Source: the human T2T-CHM13v2.0 reference genome, Homo sapiens
Assembly: GCF_009914755.1 (NCBI RefSeq)
Contig: NC_060926.1
Length of the DNA stretch: 64,000 nt
Reading direction: 5' to 3' (one strand)
Positions within the stretch are counted from its first letter, which is position 1; each line of letters begins with the position of its first letter. The position numbers were made by a program, and so were the translations under genes. This document shows positions 56,632 through 64,000 of this stretch, piece by piece. The notes beneath the pieces were generated by a model. The model was not told the DNA's origin. It did no database searches and was given only the letters and a program-made list of their open reading frames with translations.

Positions 56632-56947
56632 ATTATTATCATTATTATTATTATTATTATTTTTGAGACAGAGTGTCGCTCTGTCACCCAGGCTGGAGTG
56701 CAGTGGCACAATCTCGGCTCACTGCAAGCTCTGCCTCCTGGGTTCACGCCATTCTCCTGCCTTAGCCTCCTGAGTAGCTGAGACTATAGGCGCCTGCCAC
56801 CATGACTGGCTAATTTTTTGTATTTTTAGTAGAGACAGAGTTTCAACATGCTGGCCAGGCTGGCCTTGAACTCCTGATCTCAGGTGATCCACCTGCCTCG
56901 GCCTCCCAAAGTGCTGGGATTACAGGCGTGAGCCACTGCACCTGGCC
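56632..56947 (-). mobile_element. Alu, apparently chimeric (AluY right arm, AluSx left arm), no TSD found
   Basis: 'gcaagctc...ttcacgccattc' (Y) versus 'ggccaggctgg...gaactcctga.ctcaggtgatcc' (Sx). Confidence 0.85.
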
Positions 56948-57559
56948 AGTTTTTGTTCTTATACCATCACTGCTAATGCCCCAGCACTTGGACCTCCTGC
57001 CATTTTTTACTAAAGGCAAGATTTTGGTGAATCCCATTGGAATTACTCCAGTTTCCCCCAGACCAGACATAGCTACTGTCCCCAGCCAAACAAACCTAAT
57101 ATTGGCGCTCAGGTTTCTCCATGCCTCTATCACACCAGGGTCTTTCTCTTCTGCAGCAGCGAAAACAGTCATCTTTGACACGTTGGCCAATGCTATCTCC
57201 ATCCCTGAGATTTTGCCAACCCTACTGCAGTGCCCATATGGTGGGGATTTCCCCTCTCCTGTATGCTTTCGGTAGGGAGCTAAGCTGCAGAGATCGTTCC
57301 TGTATCTTGTGAGTTTCTTTACTCTCCTCCCAGAAGAAGCAAGGAAGACAACAGTGGATATGTTTTAGTGACACTTTGTATTCCTGATAAGAAGCTTTGA
57401 ATAGCCCTCTCACAAGGGCAAGAAGAGGGTTAAGATAAAAATTCAGTTGTTTACATGGAAGCTGCAGATAAGTGCCCATCCTTCCTGATTAGCAGCTGGC
57501 GCAATGGGAATAAAGTGATTTTGATTTCCTCAAAAGATACAGCACTCAATGAAAAGGTA

Positions 57560-58406
57560 CTTTTTTATTTTGAATTTTAAATAAATTCAGACAGAAAAGT
57601 TGCAAAAATAGTACAAAGAATTCCTGCATACCCTTCAATATATTTGATTTTATTTATCATTCTCTCTCTCTGCCAAAAGTTGAATCATTGATTGATCACT
57701 TAGTTATACTACTTCCTGCCAGGTTGCTCCAATGTAAAGTTATCATTTTTTTGTTTTGGAATTAATAAGTACATTGTGGAGAGACACTCTGAGGCCATGT
57801 GAGTGTCTGTTTTTCATTATACTTTGTCACCTACTAGTTTTAGCATTCCCTGATGATTCCTGCCTGCAATAATTGCTATTCTAGTTGTTGCTAAATGATG
57901 ATTTTCTAATTCCATCATTTCTTCTGCATACATTGATTGAAATTCTGTTCCAGGGAAGAGCTTGCTCTTGTTTTCCCTTCCTTCTCACTTAATTCATTAA
58001 TCATGGATTTATATATTCTTATTTTATTCAATGCGTTATAACCCATTACTATCATTTTTTGATGCTCATGTTGTTTCAGATCTGGCAAGTGTGATCCCCT
58101 TAAATCAGTTTTCTGTGCCCTTTGACATGCACTGATAATTCTTTGAGCACTTCCTTACTTTCTGGTAAACTGCAAGTTTCAGGCTCACATGTATTTTCCC
58201 AGACCCAATCTTGGAATCAAACACTTCTCCAAAGAGCCCTGGTTCCTTCAGGTAGAGAATGGTATCTAGAAACCAAGCTCTAGACTCTAGGTGTGCTCAT
58301 TGCTACTGGGATGCCATTGCTTCTAGGCCCCCAGTGGATACAGCTAAAAAATAAGTATATGTATTTGTGTGTATCTATTTGTGCATATGTGCATACATAC
58401 CTCCAG

Positions 58407-58440
<34 letters not shown>

Positions 58441-59885
58441 TTTTTAACCTAAAACTATGAGTTCATAACCAGTCCTAACCACAAAGTTAATTCTCTCCTT
58501 CTCTTTTTACATATTTGTTACTTGCATCTCCAATGGTGAGAAACATGACTCTCAATATCCATAGTATATTTATTTATTTGCTTAATTCCAGAATACGTTA
58601 AGTTGTTTCAGAATTGCTAACTGCTAACCCTTACCACTGTGCAAAACAAATATATTAATCAGAGTTCAATAATTATGTATAGTTACTTTTGCCTTTAGCC
58701 TGAGAATATATTACCAAGATTATGTAGTTAGTTTGTTTTTCCCTCTACTTCAATGTGATTGCTTTTCATTTGAAATACCATTTGGTTTGTTTCTATTTGT
58801 ATTTCATTTTCTATTTTTTTATTCCCAATCTTGCTTATTTTATTTATTTATTTTTAGCATGTGAAAGATCACATGATTCTAAACATTAAAACTAGACACA
58901 AAGTTGTATTGAGAAAGAGATGCCTCTTTACCCCATCCCCTTGGGTCTATTCCCTTTCCCCCATCCTTTATACCCTGTTCCAACCCACTCCATGTACGTA
59001 ACCAGTTTCACTAGGCTGTGGTTTATCTGTTATGCATGGCCTTTTGCATTAATGAGCATATGCAAGTATTTCTTATAATTCCTTCTTTCTTAAACAAAAC
59101 ATAGCATACTATAATCTCTCGCACTTTACTCTTTCACTTAAAAACATTTCCTGGGAAACACTCCATGTCAATTCATAGAGGCTTTCCTTATTTATTTATT
59201 TATTTATTTTTTTAGATGAAGCCTCGCTCTTGTCACCCGGGCTGGAGTGCAGTGGTGTGATCTCAGATCTTGGCTCACTGCAACCTCTGCCTCCCCAATT
59301 CAAGCAATTGTCCTGCCTTAGCCTCCCAAGTAGCCGGGATTACAGGCTCCAGCCACCACGCCCAGCTAATTTTTGTATTTTTTTTTTTTTTTGAGACAGA
59401 GTCTCGCTCTGTTGTCCAGGCTGGAGTGCAGTGGCACGATCTCGGCTCACTGCAAGCTCTGCCTCCTGGGTTCATGCCATTCTCCTGCCTCAGCCTCCTG
59501 AGTAGCTGAGACTACAGGTGCCCGCCACCACGCCCAGCTAATTTTTTTATATTTTTAGTAGAGATGGGGTTTCACCGTGTTAGCCAGGATGGTCTCGATC
59601 TCCTGACCTCTTAATCTGCCCACCTTGGCCCCCCAAAGTGTTGGGATTACAGGCGTGAGCCACTGGGCGCCTGGCCTAATTTTTGTATTTTTAGTGGAGA
59701 CGGGGTTTCACCATGTTGGCCAGGCTGGTCTCGAACCCCTGACCTCAGGCGATCCACCCACCTCAGCCTCCCAAAGTGCTGGGATTACAGGCGTGAGCCA
59801 CTGTGCCTGACCAAGGCTTGCCTTATTCTTTTTCCAGATGCAGAGTCCTCCATTGTGTGGATGTATCACTGTTTATTCAACCGCA
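57560..59885 (-). mobile_element. L1MC/MD-type 3' region carrying nested Alus
   Basis: 'aaaagttgcaaaaatagtacaaagaattcc', 'ttctccaaagagccctggttcc...tatctagaaaccaag'. Confidence 0.8.
59193..59812 (-). mobile_element. AluSx-like element with an AluY-like element (59383-59676) inserted in its central A-rich linker
   Basis: Inner TSD TAATTTTTGTATTTTT at 59367 and 59677; outer TSD AGGCTT(T/G)CCTTATT at 59179 and 59814. Confidence 0.95.
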
Positions 59886-60086
59886 CAGGTCTAAGGTTGT
59901 GGGCAATTTTCAGTTCCAGAGCAAAGCTCTATCCTTGCCTCCTCCCCAGTAGTCTAGCCTTCCAGCCATAGGAAAACTCCTTCTCCCACCAACCCAGTCC
60001 AATCCCAGCCATGTGGGGTGGATACAGATCATCTGGGATGATCTCACCCTGGCTTCCCTATATCCTGAGCAGTTTTGATCAATGGG

Positions 60087-60926
<840 letters not shown>

Positions 60927-61725
60927 GGTTGGGTTATCAAACAGACCTTTTCAGGTGTATGAAAATACTGTCAGGTGAACTCCTAACGTAGGAGCTTGCA
61001 TTACATCTTAGAATGAAAGATTTCTGTAGAATAAAAACTGCTCCTTAGAGCTGTGCCAGCCGCAGAGTGGGCTGGCTACTTACTCATCCTCCCTGATCCC
61101 CTCTGGCTGCTCATTAACATGGTACAGGTGGGCCCCTGACAAAGCGGAACTAATGAATTGTTTCAATGCAAAGGGAAGCATGTATGAGAAAGCTGGAAAG
61201 GGGGCAGAAATGGTTCATTGCTTCAGGGAACATAATGAATTAACTCCTCATCCACAGTGATTCATCGCCCGGTCACAGCCTCACTGATCTGGAAAGGAAT
61301 TCAGGTCTCCTAACCGTCTAGAAAATGAGACTTTTTGGATGAGGGTCAACCCCCACAGGGTCACAGCTGTCCTGAAAAGTTTGAAAAGTAGTTTAGAGCA
61401 TTTTATAGCAGGTCTCAGAGTTTTGACGTGGATTACGAAGTAGCTCACGTGTTTTTTTTTTTTTTTTAAAATGAGGATACTAAAATACAAATATTCCTAT
61501 CTTCGAATGCCTTCTTGCCAAATTGATTCTTTCCTGTTCATTGCAGTGTGCTGTGAAAGATTTAATCTTATCACCCTCATCAGGAGTGATAATAAAAACT
61601 CATGGTTTTATTAGAATGCACACTGTGAGATGTAATATCCAGGCTTGTAGTTGTTATAGGAAGTTAAATAGGGTTAATAAAAAGAGTAGGGTTTACATGA
61701 AGTATGCCTTGGGGTTGCTGTGGAA

Positions 61726-61990
61726 CAGTGTTTCCCAAAGTACGTTCCATAGAACACAAGTCCCATGAGCTACTCCACGGATAGAAAACTGCATGGCAAA
61801 ATAGAGATATAAAAACACTGCATAAAACACTGCATTTCTTCACTTATAAATTCATCATCTACATTATATATTAAGGCATATGGGAACTCCTGCAGCACAA
61901 TATTCTCTCACCTCCTCTCCCCCTCCTCATTATTACTTAACTTGGCTTAACCCAATGTTTTGCAGACACCTTTGCCCGTGGAACAAGTGG
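61726..61990 (+). mobile_element. Charlie4-like hAT fossil
   Basis: 'cagtgtttcccaaagtacgttccatagaacac'. Confidence 0.6.
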
Positions 61991-62099
61991 GACTTTACAT
62001 TTTCTAAAAAATACATACATGTATATATGTGTGTGTGTGTGTGTGTGTGTATTTATATATATATAAATACACACACATAATTTCTAGCTAATTTATATT

Positions 62100-64000
62100 A
62101 TTGTCAAATAACATATTCTATAAGACGTTCTGTGTGTTTTTTAAGTTTTGAATTTTTTTTATGGTCTACTACATATTTTTGTAAATACTCCATTTGTGTG
62201 AAAGAAGAATGTGTATTTTCCCATTGTTGCAAGCTGGTACCTGAATATCTGTCAAATTGAATTTGTTAAATAGTATTGGACAGATCTTCTATACCTATAC
62301 TAATGTTTTTGTCTGTTTGGCCTATCAATAATTGAAAAAGGTATATTGAAATCTTCTACCCTGGCAAAGAATATGTCAATTTCCCCCTGTAGTTTAAGCA
62401 ATTTTTGCTTTATATATTTTGAAACCATTTAAGATCATACAAATTTAAAATTGTTACATCAATATGTAGTAACCATTCTTATCCCGAATAATTTATTTTA
62501 TCTGGTATTTTCATAGCTGTGTGAGCTTTCTTTAATATTTGCCTATTATCTTTGATTCTTTTACTTTTAACTTCCAGTGTCTTCATGTTTTAGATGTGGC
62601 TCGTTTAAATAGTAGATATTTTTTCCTCAATCAAAACTGATACTCTGTATTTTGAGTAGAAAGTTTAGTTTATTTTTATCTATTGTAATTATTATATACT
62701 AAGTCTCCTTTTTTATCTCATCTTACATTGTGGTTTCTATTTACCCTGCTAATTCTCTGATTTTTTCTTTTTTCTTTTTTTTTTTGAATAAGTTGATTTG
62801 TTCTTGCTCTTCTTCTACTACTGTAATTATTATCATTCCATTTTCTCTTCTACTAGTTTTTTTCCCAGTGGAGAGTGTCCAGTTTCTTGGGGTTTTGAAC
62901 AAAGAATCGGACAAAATGCACTAAGAAAACAAGGACAGAATGAAGCAACAGAAGCAGAGATGTATTGAAAATGAAAGCACACTCCACAGGGTGGGAGCGG
63001 CCCTGAGCAAGTAGTTCAAGGGCACTGGTTACAGAATTTTCTGGGGTTTAAATACCCTTCTAGAGGTTTCCCACTGATAACTTGGTATAAGCCCTATGTA
63101 AACAAAGAGGATGAAGTGCAGACACAAAATTATTTACTTGGTGTACACCCTATGCAAATGAAGAGGATGTTTCCTGTCATAGCTGAAGCAAAGCTATAAA
63201 GTTATTTACTTGGGCTTAGAAGGTTTGTTTTTTTCTGTTTAATTTAGTTCTAGGAAGTCCTTAGTTTCCCTGCCTCCAGACCCTATTTCCTGCCTTAGTT
63301 TGAAAGTTATACTCTTATTTATTTATTTTTGATTGTTACATCTGGAATTCAGGCTTACTGAACCTCATCTCTAAAGTTAATCAGTATCTTGACCACTCCT
63401 GAACAGTTGTTCAACCTCCAGACTTATCTGCTCTTGCATCCCAGCATTTGCTCTTCACTAAAATTATTATTATTATTTTACATGTACTTTAAAAAATGCA
63501 CCCAGTTCTTTGAAAGTTACTTGACTCCCTATGTCTTCAAAATCAGACCTTCTTTCTGGGATCATTTCCTCTTTCTGGGAAACATACCTAGGAGTCCTTT
63601 TGTTTAAAGTCTCTTTAGCGGTAAAACGATTTTTGTTTGTCAAATTATCTCCAATTTGCCATTGCTTTTAAACCTTAGTTCGCTGGGTTGACAATCCTAA
63701 ATTAGCCCTTTTAGGTATTGTTTTATTCTCTCTGGTTTTCATTGCAGCTAATAGCAAGCCTATTTTAAATCTAATTTTCACTTGTAGGTGATCTATTTCT
63801 TCCCTTTGGCTATTTTAAAGATCTTTTTATTTTTGTTGGATTTTCTGTAATTTCATCATAATCTAACGTGTGGATTAAAAAAAATTAAGCAACTTGGGAT
63901 TCATTGTGTTTTCTGTAACTAAGAATTCATGTTCTTATCAGTTCTGGAAAGTTCTGAACCATGATCTTTTCAAATATTTCTCCTCTTTCATTCTCTGGGA
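62100..64000 (-). mobile_element. Ancient L1M (ORF2 start and upstream), interrupted by an LTR
   Basis: 'gaaagaagaatgtgtattttcccattgttg', 'ctatcaataattgaaaaaggtatattgaaatct'. Confidence 0.65.
62860..63297 (-). mobile_element. MER51 (ERV1) solo LTR with 4-bp TSD GTTT
   Basis: Reverse complement begins 'taaggcaggaaatagggtctggaggcagggaa'; GTTT at 62856 and 63298. Confidence 0.85.

Noticed and set aside
56843-57275. Overlapping antiparallel ORFs of 119 and 115 aa
   Set aside because: Both are partly Alu-derived, no recognisable domain, and the lengths are within chance expectation

Overview
Primate (most likely human) nuclear DNA, intronic or intergenic and dominated by interspersed repeats: about 25 Alu copies or fragments, one young 5'-inverted L1PA3-like insertion, older L1PA/L1M fragments, L2/MIR, many MaLR and ERV solo LTRs, hAT/mariner DNA-transposon fossils and microsatellites. 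I recognise no host protein-coding gene, and I cannot name the locus. The ORF-track entries I can assign derive from Alu, L1, other repeats or simple repeats. I found no convincing new biological system. The strongest signals are fossils of DNA repair and retrotransposition: a 140-bp multi-template-switch insertion inside an Alu, copied from about 1.37 kb downstream (47578-47717); a tail-less 5S rRNA retro-fragment with a TSD and priming microhomology (8576-8617); an inverted 60-bp overlap splitting an MLT1D LTR (55044-55585); an Alu dimer within one TSD pair; a tail-less Alu with a direct repeat; and several other local templated duplications. Repeat subfamily names come from remembered consensus sequences, not from a database search.
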